Below, one piece after another: positions 23,939 to 33,813 of a stretch of DNA of 64,000 nt. Each line of letters starts with the position of its first letter. Within the stretch, counting starts at the first letter, position 1. The position numbers and the translations under genes are program-made. This stretch comes from Candidatus Saccharimonadales bacterium. Lineage in GTDB: Bacteria > Patescibacteriota > Saccharimonadia > Saccharimonadales > JAYRRP01. The stretch spans positions 45,973 to 109,972 of the forward strand of contig JAYRRP010000003.1 of the NCBI GenBank assembly GCA_041910055.1. Direction: 5' to 3'. A model generated the notes under the pieces. The model was given only the letters and a program-made list of their open reading frames with translations. It made no database searches and was not told the DNA's origin.

Positions 23939-25235
23939 ATACTCCGTATAGTAACGCGCTGCCACCAACGCCCGCAAGAATCCAGGGGTGGATGCGGGAA
24001 GCAGGTGAGTCCTGCGCATCGCTCCCGCCGGCCCCTGCCCCATTACCATTCTTAGCTGCCTTACCAGCACTTGTTTTAGCAGCGGCAGTCTTAGCGGTAG
24101 ACTTACTGGCAGTAGCCTTTTTAGCGGCAGTTTTACCGCTCGTAGATTTCGTTGCTGGTGCTGAAGGTGCGGTAAACATGTTGGCCGCGTTCGGTGTCGG
24201 TGTGGTTGTCCACTGCCATGAACTGCCATTCCAGGCCCACGCTTCACCGTCGTCAGCAGTTCCATACGCTAATGTCTCGCTGACTACTTGGCCAGCTGGG
24301 CTCACCAAGCGAGCCTGGCCACCACTATTGGCAAGCGTCGCGTTTGTTTGAGAAACGTAAAACGCTTCATAACTATTGGCGGCAATTGTATCACTTCCTT
24401 TGAACGTATAACTGTGGCTGTATGTCGAACCAGTTTGTAGTTTATAGCCCTCTAAATCAATGTCATCCCCGAAAGGATTAAACAATTCGACGAATTCATC
24501 ATTGGCATCTGTAGCTGGAGAAGCCGGATTAGGCAAAAGCTCAGTAATTTGTGGAGAGTTGGATGGAACGACAATAGAATCAGATTGCACTGCGGGAGTT
24601 GAACTACTATTATCTGTCAACACTGTCGATTGTGTTGGAGTTACCTCTTCTTCAGAAGCGTCGCCTAATAATAAAGTCCCTTGGGGCGTCGGATCGGCTT
24701 GTTCAAAATCAGCAAATGTATCACCGGTATATATAAGCTTGCCCTTCTCATCCGCTTTACGTTGAAGACTTTTGCCTGATTCAGGTGCCGGCACACTCGT
24801 TGTGTCCTTCATGGCTACTTTACCCCACGCCAGTACATCCGCTTGGTCATTACTATGGACAAGCCTTACTACTCCTGCTGTTCCAGAAAGAGTAGAGCTA
24901 AAGTTATCATTGGCTGAACCACTCAGATAATCTTTGGAAGCCAACAAGTAGTGTTCACTCGCTGGCAAAACCCCGTGTAATATAAAGCTGCGATATGGTT
25001 TGCTGAAATCCGCTGCACTGGCTGAGAAGTACTCCACCCTCCAGTCCGAAACATTTACCGCTTGGTCTGTTACATTTGTTAATTCGATAAATTCTTCGTT
25101 CGCCGAGGCTGCGCTTCCTGTTTGAACTTCTGAAATCACTAAAACTGGCATGGGGGAGGCTCCTGCCCATACAGGCAATAACAATATAGCTGGTAGCAGA
25201 AATCCTAGCCGGTAGTATCGCCTCCAAACCCTCAT
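23874..25235 (-). CDS. Secreted lamin-tail-domain (LTD) protein with Ala/Lys-rich tail and C-terminal TM anchor
   Basis: Signal peptide; two LTD-like modules (ISEVQTGS...EFIELTN...DWRVEY and ITELLPNP...EFVELFN...GYKLQ); low-complexity KTAAKKATASKSTAKTAAAKTSAGKAAK; and a terminal hydrophobic helix. Confidence 0.8.
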   Translation of the reverse strand: MRVWRRYYRLGFLLPAILLLPVWAGASPMPVLVISEVQTGSAASANEEFIELTNVTDQAVNVSDWRVEYFSASAADFSKPYRSFILHGVLPASEHYLLASKDYLSGSANDNFSSTLSGTAGVVRLVHSNDQADVLAWGKVAMKDTTSVPAPESGKSLQRKADEKGKLIYTGDTFADFEQADPTPQGTLLLGDASEEEVTPTQSTVLTDNSSSTPAVQSDSIVVPSNSPQITELLPNPASPATDANDEFVELFNPFGDDIDLEGYKLQTGSTYSHSYTFKGSDTIAANSYEAFYVSQTNATLANSGGQARLVSPAGQVVSETLAYGTADDGEAWAWNGSSWQWTTTPTPNAANMFTAPSAPATKSTSGKTAAKKATASKSTAKTAAAKTSAGKAAKNGNGAGAGGSDAQDSPASRIHPWILAGVGGSALLYGVYEYRQDLANAFYRLRRFRKAG

Positions 25236-25308
25236 GTGCGTATCATAGTAACTCCATTTTTATAAATTACAAAACATTTTTTGTATTAGCACAAGCTTTA
25301 TACTCCCC

Positions 25309-25317
25309 TGCTATACT
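25309..25317 (+). promoter_or_regulatory. Extended -10 (TGCTATACT), 6 nt upstream of ATG 25324 (leaderless candidate)
   Basis: TGC-TATACT-AAAAAC-ATG, with no SD. Confidence 0.4.
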
Positions 25318-25323
25318 AAAAAC

Positions 25324-25851
25324 ATGTTGCTTCTAAGCCAGTCATTCATAGACCGTCCTGTCTTGAGCCTTCGGACCAATGGCCCTATTGCGACTACACT
25401 CTCAGCAGTGATTAACCCGAATAACCTTAAGATAGAGGGTTTCATGTGCCAGGACCGGGTAGAAAAAAAGAAACAGTTAATTCTGCTGACACAGGATATA
25501 CGCGATATTATCGAACAAGGAATAGTTGTTAATGACCACGAGGTATTGGTAGTCCCAGAAGAACTGGTACGCCTAAAAGATATCCTGAAAATTAACTTCA
25601 ACCTGATTGGTAAACCAGTAATAACTGTCAGCAAAAGCCGTTTGGGTAAAGTGAGCGACTATGCTGCCGACAACACCTCTTTGTTCATTCAAAAACTCTA
25701 CGCTTCCCAATCAGTGTTAAAAAGTTTTTCTGGCGGTAGTCTTAGTATTGATCGCAGTCAAATTGTAGAAATTACAAATCGGAAGATTGTGGTTGCTGAT
25801 CTGTTGAAGGTGAAACCGGCGGCTGCTCCCGTGCCGGCTCCGGTGCAATAG
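25324..25851 (+). CDS. PRC-barrel domain protein (two PRC-like modules)
   Basis: The pattern SQSFIDRPVLSLRTNGPIATT...NLKIEGF and a second module LIGKPVITVSKSRLGKVSDY are typical of YlmC/PRC-barrel proteins. Confidence 0.72.
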   Translation: MLLLSQSFIDRPVLSLRTNGPIATTLSAVINPNNLKIEGFMCQDRVEKKKQLILLTQDIRDIIEQGIVVNDHEVLVVPEELVRLKDILKINFNLIGKPVITVSKSRLGKVSDYAADNTSLFIQKLYASQSVLKSFSGGSLSIDRSQIVEITNRKIVVADLLKVKPAAAPVPAPVQ

Positions 25852-26095
25852 GCAAAGACGGTGAGCCTAGCTCTGAAACAGCCGTACCAGGCGTTTCATT
25901 TGGTGTTTTTTCATTAAGCGCATGCCACCTGGCAAGTTGCCCGTCTTCACTAAAGATAATCCGTGCAATTCTTTGGAGCTTACCTTTAGGTAGAGGTTTG
26001 TGGGCAATTTCCTGATAAGCAGCTTCAAGGTTGTCTGACTCTTCTCCAAACCATTTCACTTCAATTATCTCCTTTAATAACTGCCTTGATTTCAT
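25772..26095 (-). CDS. Doubtful hypothetical ORF (107 aa)
   Basis: It fills the gap downstream of recX, but it overlaps the PRC-barrel gene 3' end by 80 nt and the recX 3' end by 35 nt. Pro/Ser-rich tail. Confidence 0.3.
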   Translation of the reverse strand: MKSRQLLKEIIEVKWFGEESDNLEAAYQEIAHKPLPKGKLQRIARIIFSEDGQLARWHALNEKTPNETPGTAVSELGSPSLPIAPEPAREQPPVSPSTDQQPQSSDL

Positions 26096-26663
26096 TATAA
26101 CTAAAGCCTTGGCGTGAAAGATACTGCATCAACTTTATATCATCCTGGTATTTTGTCTGTCTTCGCTTGGCCATAACCAGCTCCCTTAATACCGCTCTCT
26201 CGTCAGTTTCATCTTTCTGTAATGCGGCGTCAATTATCTCATCTGGGACTCGTTTTTGTCGAAGCTCCTGACTAAGACGACGGCGACTCACTAGTTTCAA
26301 TACACGCCGGTTCTCAATCCAACTGTTCGCAAAAGCCACGTCATCAAGGTAGCCTTCCTGACACAACCTCTTGGTCAAACGCACTGCCAGGGTTTCATCG
26401 TAGCCTTTGCGTTTTAAGTACTGTGCCACTTCCCACTCACTACGTTTCCGTCGCAGAATCAACTCAAGTGTCTGATAATACGCCTTATCAAAGCGGGCGT
26501 CTCGTTTGAACTGAGTAACTTCAGAATTAGTCAGTTCCTGGTCAATTCTTAGTCCACTTTCTAGTAGAGCGGAGGCACTTAAAGAGAAAACAAACTTTCC
26601 ATCAATAAATACAGAATAGCGGTCATCGCGATGTTTTTGCCGGGTAATAGCAGAGATCTTCAT
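26061..26663 (-). CDS. recX: RecA regulator RecX
   Basis: Three-repeat helical pattern (RRKRSEWEVAQYLKRKGYDE..., LDDVAFANSWIENR). Lies in the recA-nudix-recX string. Confidence 0.85.
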   Translation of the reverse strand: MKISAITRQKHRDDRYSVFIDGKFVFSLSASALLESGLRIDQELTNSEVTQFKRDARFDKAYYQTLELILRRKRSEWEVAQYLKRKGYDETLAVRLTKRLCQEGYLDDVAFANSWIENRRVLKLVSRRRLSQELRQKRVPDEIIDAALQKDETDERAVLRELVMAKRRQTKYQDDIKLMQYLSRQGFSYNEIKAVIKGDN

Positions 26664-27175
26664 GGCATAAGCGGCCGAATTTTTGTGAAGTAATCAATCA
26701 CCCCGTCAGTAAAAGTTTCCGGTGATGCCTGAATAAAGGCTACCAATTCTTTGGCGCCAAACCATTGGGTCATGGATACTTCGCCAGTATTAAAGTTTTT
26801 TGGGGGATCATCATTATATCTTGCTTCAAACACCTTATTAAAACGTTTATGTTTTTTCCCTCCATAAATTATCTCGCTGTAATAGCTACTGACTGCTGTC
26901 AGTGTGATTCCGGTGATGCCAAGTTCTTCTTCAAGCTCACGCACTGCGGCTTGTACATACGACTCACCTTCGTCTACTTTTCCAGCTGCACTGTTATCCC
27001 AACGTCCCGGAAACAATGCTAAATGGTCAGCGCGCTTCTGCAATAGAAACCGATTATATCTATCTGTAAGCATCACCCGCGCTACCCGAAAAATATAACC
27101 GTTCTCAATCGCTTCTTGTGTTGAACCTTTCCCTATCGGCTGATCATGACTATTGACAAAAAGAATGTCTGCCAT
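26660..27175 (-). CDS. NUDIX hydrolase
   Basis: Nudix box GKVDEGESYVQAAVRELEEELGI. Confidence 0.85.
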   Translation of the reverse strand: MADILFVNSHDQPIGKGSTQEAIENGYIFRVARVMLTDRYNRFLLQKRADHLALFPGRWDNSAAGKVDEGESYVQAAVRELEEELGITGITLTAVSSYYSEIIYGGKKHKRFNKVFEARYNDDPPKNFNTGEVSMTQWFGAKELVAFIQASPETFTDGVIDYFTKIRPLMP

Positions 27176-27198
27176 TTGGCGTAATTAATCTTGTAGGC

Positions 27199-28212
27199 TT
27201 ACTTGGTTGCCTGCTTGGCTGCTTCAGTCACTTTTTTGGCAACTTCGTCTAATACCTTTGGGTTGTCCTGCAGATATTGTTTTGCTGCTTCACGGCCCTG
27301 GGCAATTTTTTGATCCTTATAAGAAAACCACGCACCCGCTTTTTCAATGATATTGTGGCTCACTGCCAGATCTAGAACATCACCGGCTCGACTAATACCT
27401 TGGTTGTACATGATGTCGAACTCAGCTTCTCGAAATGGCGGTGCGATTTTATTTTTTACAACTTTTACTCGTGTACGGTTCCCAATTACTTGATCACCTT
27501 GTTTAATTTGAGCAATCCGCCGAATATCCATCCGCACGCTCGAATAAAACTTAAGGGCATTCCCACCGGTGGTAGTTTCTGGGTTACCAAACATGACACC
27601 AATCTTCATGCGAATTTGATTGATGAATATCACTGTAGTCTTGGATCGGCTGATTACACCAGTCAATTTGCGAAGCGCCTGGCTCATTAAGCGTGCTTGT
27701 AAGCCCATGTGAGAATCACCCATCTCACCTTCTATCTCAGCCCTGGGGACCAAGGCCGCCACAGAATCAACTACCACAAGATCAACGGCATTGCTGCGAA
27801 CAAGCGTTTCGGTAATTTCCAAGGCCTGCTCGCCATTATCAGGTTGAGAGAGTAGTAAATTCTCAACATCCACCCCAATTTTTTTGGCATAAGCGGGATC
27901 CAGTGCATGTTCAGCATCAATAAACGCGGCAGTGCCACCTTGTCGCTGTATTTCTGCAATTGCATGGAGGGCAACAGTTGTCTTGCCAGAGCTTTCAGGG
28001 CCATATATCTCTATGATGCGTCCTTTGGGTAACCCCCCGCCCAGAGCGAGGTCAAGCGATAAACTTCCGGAAGGAATGCATTCGATATTAGCAGTATGGA
28101 CTTCGCCAAGCTTCATAATGGAACCCCGGCCATACTGTTTCTCTATCGAGTCGAGTGCCAGATTAAGGGCTTTTCTTTTACCTTCTGACTGAGCTGCTTT
28201 TGTATCTGACAT
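27199..28212 (-). CDS. recA: Recombinase RecA
   Basis: GPESSGKTT Walker [10 protein letters not shown], and the L1/L2 regions. GGAGGT SD. Confidence 0.97.
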   Translation of the reverse strand: MSDTKAAQSEGKRKALNLALDSIEKQYGRGSIMKLGEVHTANIECIPSGSLSLDLALGGGLPKGRIIEIYGPESSGKTTVALHAIAEIQRQGGTAAFIDAEHALDPAYAKKIGVDVENLLLSQPDNGEQALEITETLVRSNAVDLVVVDSVAALVPRAEIEGEMGDSHMGLQARLMSQALRKLTGVISRSKTTVIFINQIRMKIGVMFGNPETTTGGNALKFYSSVRMDIRRIAQIKQGDQVIGNRTRVKVVKNKIAPPFREAEFDIMYNQGISRAGDVLDLAVSHNIIEKAGAWFSYKDQKIAQGREAAKQYLQDNPKVLDEVAKKVTEAAKQATK

Positions 28213-28323
28213 ACTACCTCCGTTATGCTTATCGCACCCACCGCCGTTTTCTCTTTCGTGAAGGCATTATAGCAAAACTATTCAAGAGTGATAGGATATA
28301 TTTAACGCGCTTGTGCTTTACGA

Positions 28324-28332
28324 TGTTAAAAT
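28324..28332 (+). promoter_or_regulatory. Extended -10 (TGTTAAAAT), 6 nt upstream of ATG 28339 (leaderless candidate)
   Basis: TGT-TAAAAT-AAATCC-ATG, with no SD. Confidence 0.4.
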
Positions 28333-28338
28333 AAATCC

Positions 28339-28908
28339 ATGCCTTTATTGCCAAAAGTGGGTGCCAGAAAGCCTGGTTTTACCCTGATTGAAATCCTTAT
28401 TGTCATAACAATTATTGGTATGCTGGCCGGTTTAATTTATGGATATGCTGTACCCCACTACCGTGAGCGCACTTACTTTACACGCGCCAGTGCCGAACTT
28501 AATACTATGGCGAATGCGGTCAACCTTTATGTGGCCAAGTACAACGATTATCCCACGGATGTGACTCGCGGTATTCCCCCGGGCCTCGAGGAGTTTCTGC
28601 AATCCCAACAAGGCAGCAACCAGTGGCCAAACGCTCCTTGGCCAGGCAGTGTATTTGACTATGACAATTGGCCACCTGATAGTAATGGGCCACAGCAAAC
28701 TTACCAAATCAGCATACGTTTTTGCGCAGCAGGCGATACAGCAACCTGTAAACAAAATTTCCCGAAGGAATCATGGGTAACCAGCAGCTGGGATAGTTAC
28801 AGTGCTGTGTACTACTGCCTGAAAGGCTCCTGTCGTTCCCACCAGTCAAAACCAATGAACTACCCTGGCTACTGCATCAATTGCGGCAACAAGAGCCAAT
28901 TCTACTAA
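28339..28908 (+). CDS. Type IV pilin-like protein (prepilin N-terminal methylation motif)
   Basis: KPG/FTLIEILIVITIIGMLA class III signal with Glu5. Cys-containing C-terminal domain. Confidence 0.8.
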   Translation: MPLLPKVGARKPGFTLIEILIVITIIGMLAGLIYGYAVPHYRERTYFTRASAELNTMANAVNLYVAKYNDYPTDVTRGIPPGLEEFLQSQQGSNQWPNAPWPGSVFDYDNWPPDSNGPQQTYQISIRFCAAGDTATCKQNFPKESWVTSSWDSYSAVYYCLKGSCRSHQSKPMNYPGYCINCGNKSQFY

Positions 28909-28956
28909 GCGCAAGCTTTATGTAGAGCAGGCTTTTTTATATAATGCAAAATAACT

Positions 28957-30768
28957 ATGCGAATATCTGATGCTTTGGTGGAGAAGCTGCTCCGTGACAA
29001 AAGTAAGGTCACTGACGAACAAATTGATAGTTTGCGTGAGCAGGAAAAGTCAGAAAAGAAACCGCTTCAAGACTTGGTTATCAAAAATAACCTCATCACT
29101 GAAAAAGACTTGACGGGGCTATATGCCGACGAAATCGATGTTCCTTTCGTGGAACTAAACCCTAAAGACATCAAACATGACGACCTGACCTTACTGCCAG
29201 AACGGATTGCACGCCAGTACAAAGTCGTGGTATTCGGCGTCGACAAAGACAACCGCAAACAACTCGCTATGGAAGATCCTGATGACATCCAGGCCATTAA
29301 TTTCCTGCGCAAACAACTTGGCACTGATCTCACTATATATATTGCGACAGAGAGTAATATCCAAGCGGCTTTAGACCAGTATCGTGGCAGTATGAACAGT
29401 GAGCTCACAAAAGTTATCTTGCCGGAAACCACAGAAGAAGAGGAAGAAGAGGAAATCGATGAAGAGGACCTGGCTGAGAACTCACCCACTGCCCAGACAG
29501 TAAACTTACTCATTGAATATGCGGTAAAAGCAAACGCCAGTGATATCCATATTGAACCCCGAGAAGATTACGTTTTAATACGTTACCGAGTGGACGGTTT
29601 GCTACGCGAAGCTAACAAACTACCCAAAAAGTTGCTCAATGCATTAGTGTCACGGATAAAAATACTTTCAAACCTGAAAATTGATGAGCGCCGCGCGCCT
29701 CAAGACGGGCGGTTTAAGATGCAAGTGGGCGAACAAATTTTTGCCATCCGTGTTTCAACCTTACCAACAGTTGATGGCGAAAAAGTTGCTATGCGAATAC
29801 TTAACGAATCGGCAAAGTCAGCCACATTGGAGGATCTTGGTTTTTGGAATGGTGCATTGCAAATAATAAATAAGGCTATCGTGCAACCCCATGGCATGAT
29901 TCTTGTGACTGGTCCAACCGGTTCAGGCAAATCGACTACCCTTTTCAGTGTACTAAGCCTGTTAAATAAGCCGACCATTAATATTTCAACGGTCGAAGAT
30001 CCAGTGGAATACCGTGTACCGGGTACTAATCAGATCCAAGTTAATCCAGTAGCAGGAATGACATTTGCCAATGGACTACGCGCCCTGCTTCGCCAGGATC
30101 CAAACATCATTATGGTTGGTGAAATACGGGATTCCGAAACAGCAAATTTGGCAGTCCAAGCTGCCCTTACTGGCCACTTAGTGTTCTCAACGCTCCATAC
30201 CAACAATGCCGCCACTTGCTTACCACGCTTGTTGGATATGGGTATTGAACCATTCCTAATCGCTTCAACCGTGCGGGCAGTGATCGGTCAGCGTCTAGTG
30301 AGACGGCTCTGCCTGGACTGTCGTGAGACTGTGACACCTGATGAAAGTGCCCAAAAACAATTAAACGAAATATTCAACACCGAAAACAGTGGAGTTATGA
30401 AACAAATACACCAACTTGAAATGCAAGCCAAGGAAAGTGGCATTGGTACTACAAGTGGTAAATCAGGCCAGGGAGAAGCGATTGAATTAAGTACTACTGA
30501 ATCGGGAATTATTCGTTTTTGGAAGGCGCATGAAGATGGCTGTGACACATGTGGTCATACCGGTTACAAAGGCCGGATGGGCATTTATGAAGTACTCCCC
30601 ACCTCCCCTGAGATCCAAAGCTTAATTGTGGGCAGCGCCACTAGTGAAACCATTGAGCAACAGGCCAAGAAAGAAGGTATGCTCACCATGCAGATTGATG
30701 GCCTCATTAAAGCCCTACGCGGTCAAACTACTATCGAAGAAATCCTGCGCGTAACGAGCGAAAGGTAA
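28957..30768 (+). CDS. pilB: Type IV pilus assembly ATPase PilB (GspE family)
   Basis: T2SSE_N-type N-domain, Walker A GPTGSGKST, Asp/His boxes, and the tetracysteine CLDC...CDTC. Confidence 0.93.
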   Translation: MRISDALVEKLLRDKSKVTDEQIDSLREQEKSEKKPLQDLVIKNNLITEKDLTGLYADEIDVPFVELNPKDIKHDDLTLLPERIARQYKVVVFGVDKDNRKQLAMEDPDDIQAINFLRKQLGTDLTIYIATESNIQAALDQYRGSMNSELTKVILPETTEEEEEEEIDEEDLAENSPTAQTVNLLIEYAVKANASDIHIEPREDYVLIRYRVDGLLREANKLPKKLLNALVSRIKILSNLKIDERRAPQDGRFKMQVGEQIFAIRVSTLPTVDGEKVAMRILNESAKSATLEDLGFWNGALQIINKAIVQPHGMILVTGPTGSGKSTTLFSVLSLLNKPTINISTVEDPVEYRVPGTNQIQVNPVAGMTFANGLRALLRQDPNIIMVGEIRDSETANLAVQAALTGHLVFSTLHTNNAATCLPRLLDMGIEPFLIASTVRAVIGQRLVRRLCLDCRETVTPDESAQKQLNEIFNTENSGVMKQIHQLEMQAKESGIGTTSGKSGQGEAIELSTTESGIIRFWKAHEDGCDTCGHTGYKGRMGIYEVLPTSPEIQSLIVGSATSETIEQQAKKEGMLTMQIDGLIKALRGQTTIEEILRVTSER

Positions 30769-30769
30769 T

Positions 30770-31993
30770 ATGCGCTTTACCTACACTGCCATCAATAAAG
30801 AGGGGAAAACTATCCACGGTTTCACAGAAGCCGCCAACAAAGAAGCGGTCGCCTCTTCTTTAAGCCACCAGGGCATCCACGTTTTAGTCATTAGACCTGA
30901 CAAAGAAGAGCACGGATTACTCTCAAGACTGCACGGTGGTAATCATGTGAAAACCAAGGATCTGGTTGTGTTCACACGACAGCTCTCTACTATGGTTTCA
31001 GCAGGAGTTCCTCTCACTAGGGCTCTTTCCACCCTTCAGGCACAAACTGAAAGTAAATACTTTCGCCGAGCCATTAGTTCCATTAGCAAAGAGGTAGAGA
31101 GCGGTATTCCACTTGCGGATGCCTTCGCAAAATTTCCACGCATCTTCTCAAACGTATACATAAACATGGTAAGAGCAGGCGAAGCCGGGGGCATACTAGA
31201 TGAAATTCTTAAACGTCTGGCTACCCAGGTTGAACAAGAAGCCAGCATGAAGAAAAAAATCAAAAGCGCTATGGCATACCCGCTTGTCATCCTTACTATT
31301 ACAATCATTGCATTTTTCGGCATTATGCTGTTTATCATTCCAAAGCTCAGCAAAATCATGAAGGACTTAGGAGGAGAACACGCGACGTTACCAATTTACA
31401 CGCGCGCAATGCTCAGTGTCAGTGATTTTGTGCAACACAATATTTTGTTTATTATCATTGTCACTGCAGCCAGTCTGTTTCTGATCCGTCGTTATATAAA
31501 GACAAAAAAGGGGCGTTACCAGTTTGATAAACTCTTGCTCCGACTGCCTGTCCTTAAACTTGTGATCGTGAAAGTAGCTATAGCCCGTTTTGCCCGCACG
31601 TTTGCTTCACTGATGGCTGCTGGTGTAGGAGTGTTAGATGCACTTGATGTTACCGGCGCTGCCATTGGTAATAAGGTAATCGAAGCGGAGCTTAAAGAGG
31701 CTGCGAAAGGTGTCAAAAATGGCAAACAGTTGTCAGAAATGCTCAGCGATTCACCTAATTTCCCTCCTATAGTGAGTCAAATGTTAGCGGTAGGGGAAGA
31801 AACCGGACAAATTGATACTATCTTGGTGAAAGTGGCAGATTTCTATGAAGAAGAGGTTTCAGCAGTCATTGATGGACTAAGTGCCCTGATAGAACCTCTT
31901 ATGATAATTGTTCTAGGTGCTCTAGTAGGTCTTATTGCGGCCAGTGTTATGGGACCAATTGCAAACCTGAGTAAGAACATCGGAAATAATTAG
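30770..31993 (+). CDS. pilC: Type IV pilus platform protein PilC (GspF family)
   Basis: Two GspF repeats and three TM segments. Starts 2 nt after the pilB stop. Confidence 0.92.
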   Translation: MRFTYTAINKEGKTIHGFTEAANKEAVASSLSHQGIHVLVIRPDKEEHGLLSRLHGGNHVKTKDLVVFTRQLSTMVSAGVPLTRALSTLQAQTESKYFRRAISSISKEVESGIPLADAFAKFPRIFSNVYINMVRAGEAGGILDEILKRLATQVEQEASMKKKIKSAMAYPLVILTITIIAFFGIMLFIIPKLSKIMKDLGGEHATLPIYTRAMLSVSDFVQHNILFIIIVTAASLFLIRRYIKTKKGRYQFDKLLLRLPVLKLVIVKVAIARFARTFASLMAAGVGVLDALDVTGAAIGNKVIEAELKEAAKGVKNGKQLSEMLSDSPNFPPIVSQMLAVGEETGQIDTILVKVADFYEEEVSAVIDGLSALIEPLMIIVLGALVGLIAASVMGPIANLSKNIGNN

Positions 31994-32096
31994 ACTCTCT
32001 TGACTGACAAACGCTTATGTTTATAATCATTGCTAGATGCTTGCCGCTATTAAGGCAGTCATTTAATAAAAATAACAACAAGGAGGGTGGGTCCTC

Positions 32097-32558
32097 ATGA
32101 CTCTACAACGTAAGCAACAAGGTTTCACCATTGTGGAACTTTTGATTGTCATTGTCGTAATAGGCATACTAGCGGCATTGGTAATTGTTACCTTTACTGG
32201 CGTGCAGCAAAAAGCACGCAATACGGAACGGCAAACCGATATTAAAGCTATCCATGGTCAGTTGGAAGCTTACAATGCACAGAAGGGTAACTATCCAACA
32301 CTCGATAATATGAATGACGCGAGTTGGCGCCAGACTAACTTGAAGGGGCTTGATCCGGATGCTTTAAAGGATCCTAAGGGCGCAGCCCAGACTCTAGTGG
32401 CAGCCCCGGTATCTAATGCCTATTCTTACGAAGTGACTAAGGATGACGGCACCGCTTGCGATAATACCACTGGCAATGAGTGTAGTAAGTACACTCTAAC
32501 CGCGACCTATGAAGGTCAAGTAAATGGCCAGAGTACATTCGTAAAGAACAACTTATAA
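32097..32558 (+). CDS. Major type IV pilin
   Basis: QG/FTIVELLIVIVVIGILAA signal, strong AAGGAGG SD, and a strong terminator directly downstream. Confidence 0.85.
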   Translation: MTLQRKQQGFTIVELLIVIVVIGILAALVIVTFTGVQQKARNTERQTDIKAIHGQLEAYNAQKGNYPTLDNMNDASWRQTNLKGLDPDALKDPKGAAQTLVAAPVSNAYSYEVTKDDGTACDNTTGNECSKYTLTATYEGQVNGQSTFVKNNL

Positions 32559-32581
32559 GTTCTTAAAGCATCGCATTTTAG

Positions 32582-32612
32582 AAACGCCCAAGGCTGACGC
32601 TTGGGCGTTTTG
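32582..32612 (+). terminator. Rho-independent terminator after the major pilin gene
   Basis: AAACGCCCAAG-loop-CTTGGGCGTTT followed by TGT. Confidence 0.7.
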
Positions 32613-32632
32613 TAATATAATAGATAAAAAGC

Positions 32633-33055
32633 ATGAGCAAGATAGTAAATGATAGTAGCGGTTTTTCGATTGTGGAACTGCTGATTACGCTCATAGTCAT
32701 TGGGATAGTATTTGGTGCGTTCATGGTTACATTTACCGCTATACAGTCCATTCACAAAAAATCTACCGACATGCATGCTGCCAATACCTTAGCTTTTGCC
32801 AAGGTCCAGCAATATGAAAATACTTCATTCAATAACCTACCAAACACAACTCCGCAAAACTCCCTACAGTCAGTAGAAGATTTCAGTAGCAGTCTGCCAA
32901 CTTACCTGGCTTCGCCGCGTAGCGGTACAGTTTATATTAATACGGTGTCACCCAGTCTAAAACAAGTGATAGTAAACATTAGCTATGGTAGTGGAAGTGG
33001 CCAGCAGACTGTTCAGTATGCGAACTTCATCCAGAAAAATGGTCTTGGCAGATGA
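32633..33055 (+). CDS. Minor pilin
   Basis: SG/FSIVELLITLIVIGIVF prepilin motif. Confidence 0.78.
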   Translation: MSKIVNDSSGFSIVELLITLIVIGIVFGAFMVTFTAIQSIHKKSTDMHAANTLAFAKVQQYENTSFNNLPNTTPQNSLQSVEDFSSSLPTYLASPRSGTVYINTVSPSLKQVIVNISYGSGSGQQTVQYANFIQKNGLGR

Positions 33056-33813
33056 GAAGATTGCCACCCTTCTTCCGCAATAGCACCCACTCTCCCTCCC
33101 TGCAAAAAGGTTTTACACTATTAGAAATTTTAATCATGTCTCCTGTGGTGTTCATTACAGTGATTGTAATTATTGGTTACCTTTTCGGACAGTATGGTCA
33201 ACTAACCCAGCAAGGCGCATTGATTAACCTTCAAGTAGAGGCTCAAAATGCGACTTTCAGCATGCAAGATGATATCTTTTTTGCACGCGCATTTAACACT
33301 ACCATCAACAATAACCTCGTCGACCCGTTTCAACCAAACGGTGGTTGGACCTATAATTCTAACCCACCACGTCTCATCGTTAGTACAGTGGCCACCACTG
33401 CTGATCATCGTAGTCCAGACCGTAAGCCAGTGTATATAAATACTTACGGATGTTCTCCTCAAGAAACACTGGAGAAAAATGATGAGCTCTACAACAATGT
33501 TATCTATTTCGTAAGCGGTACGACACTTTATAAGCGGACATTAACTGCGCCAAGTGGTATGGCGACCTGTGGTAGCAGTTACTTAAAGCAAAACTGCCCG
33601 GCCGCAAATGCTAACAATGCGTGTCCAGCCGATCATGTCCTCACAGATAAACTCCAAAGCCTAATAATTACTTATTATGACACCGGCAATAATGTTACTA
33701 GCTCACCGGCCGCAGCTGAAAAAGTACAAGTTACTGTCAATCTCAAAGACAGAGCCTTCGCCGAGGATATTACCGCAAATTCCAGTATTACTATGAGAAA
33801 GCTTAATTTATGA
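33052..33813 (+). CDS. Minor pilin (PilW/GspJ-like position)
   Basis: KG/FTLLEILIMS prepilin motif. ATGA overlap with the upstream gene. Confidence 0.75.
   Translation: MRRLPPFFRNSTHSPSLQKGFTLLEILIMSPVVFITVIVIIGYLFGQYGQLTQQGALINLQVEAQNATFSMQDDIFFARAFNTTINNNLVDPFQPNGGWTYNSNPPRLIVSTVATTADHRSPDRKPVYINTYGCSPQETLEKNDELYNNVIYFVSGTTLYKRTLTAPSGMATCGSSYLKQNCPAANANNACPADHVLTDKLQSLIITYYDTGNNVTSSPAAAEKVQVTVNLKDRAFAEDITANSSITMRKLNL

Noticed and set aside
23939-24265. N-terminal 109-aa extension of the tsaE ORF (265-aa version).
   Set aside because: It is Arg/Pro/Leu-rich nonsense produced by reading the LTD gene out of frame. The TsaE homology begins at MSTDRIW.
28213-28338. LexA/SOS box upstream of recA.
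   Set aside because: Only a weak partial dyad (CTATTCA...GTGATAG) is present, I recognise no consensus, and no chromosomal lexA is visible in this window.
29434-29470. GAA/GAG-rich run in pilB (EEEEEEEIDEED) as a possible tandem repeat or phase-variation tract.
   Set aside because: The codons are mixed rather than a perfect microsatellite, and the run sits in the linker between the PilB N-domain and the ATPase core. It is ordinary acidic low complexity.
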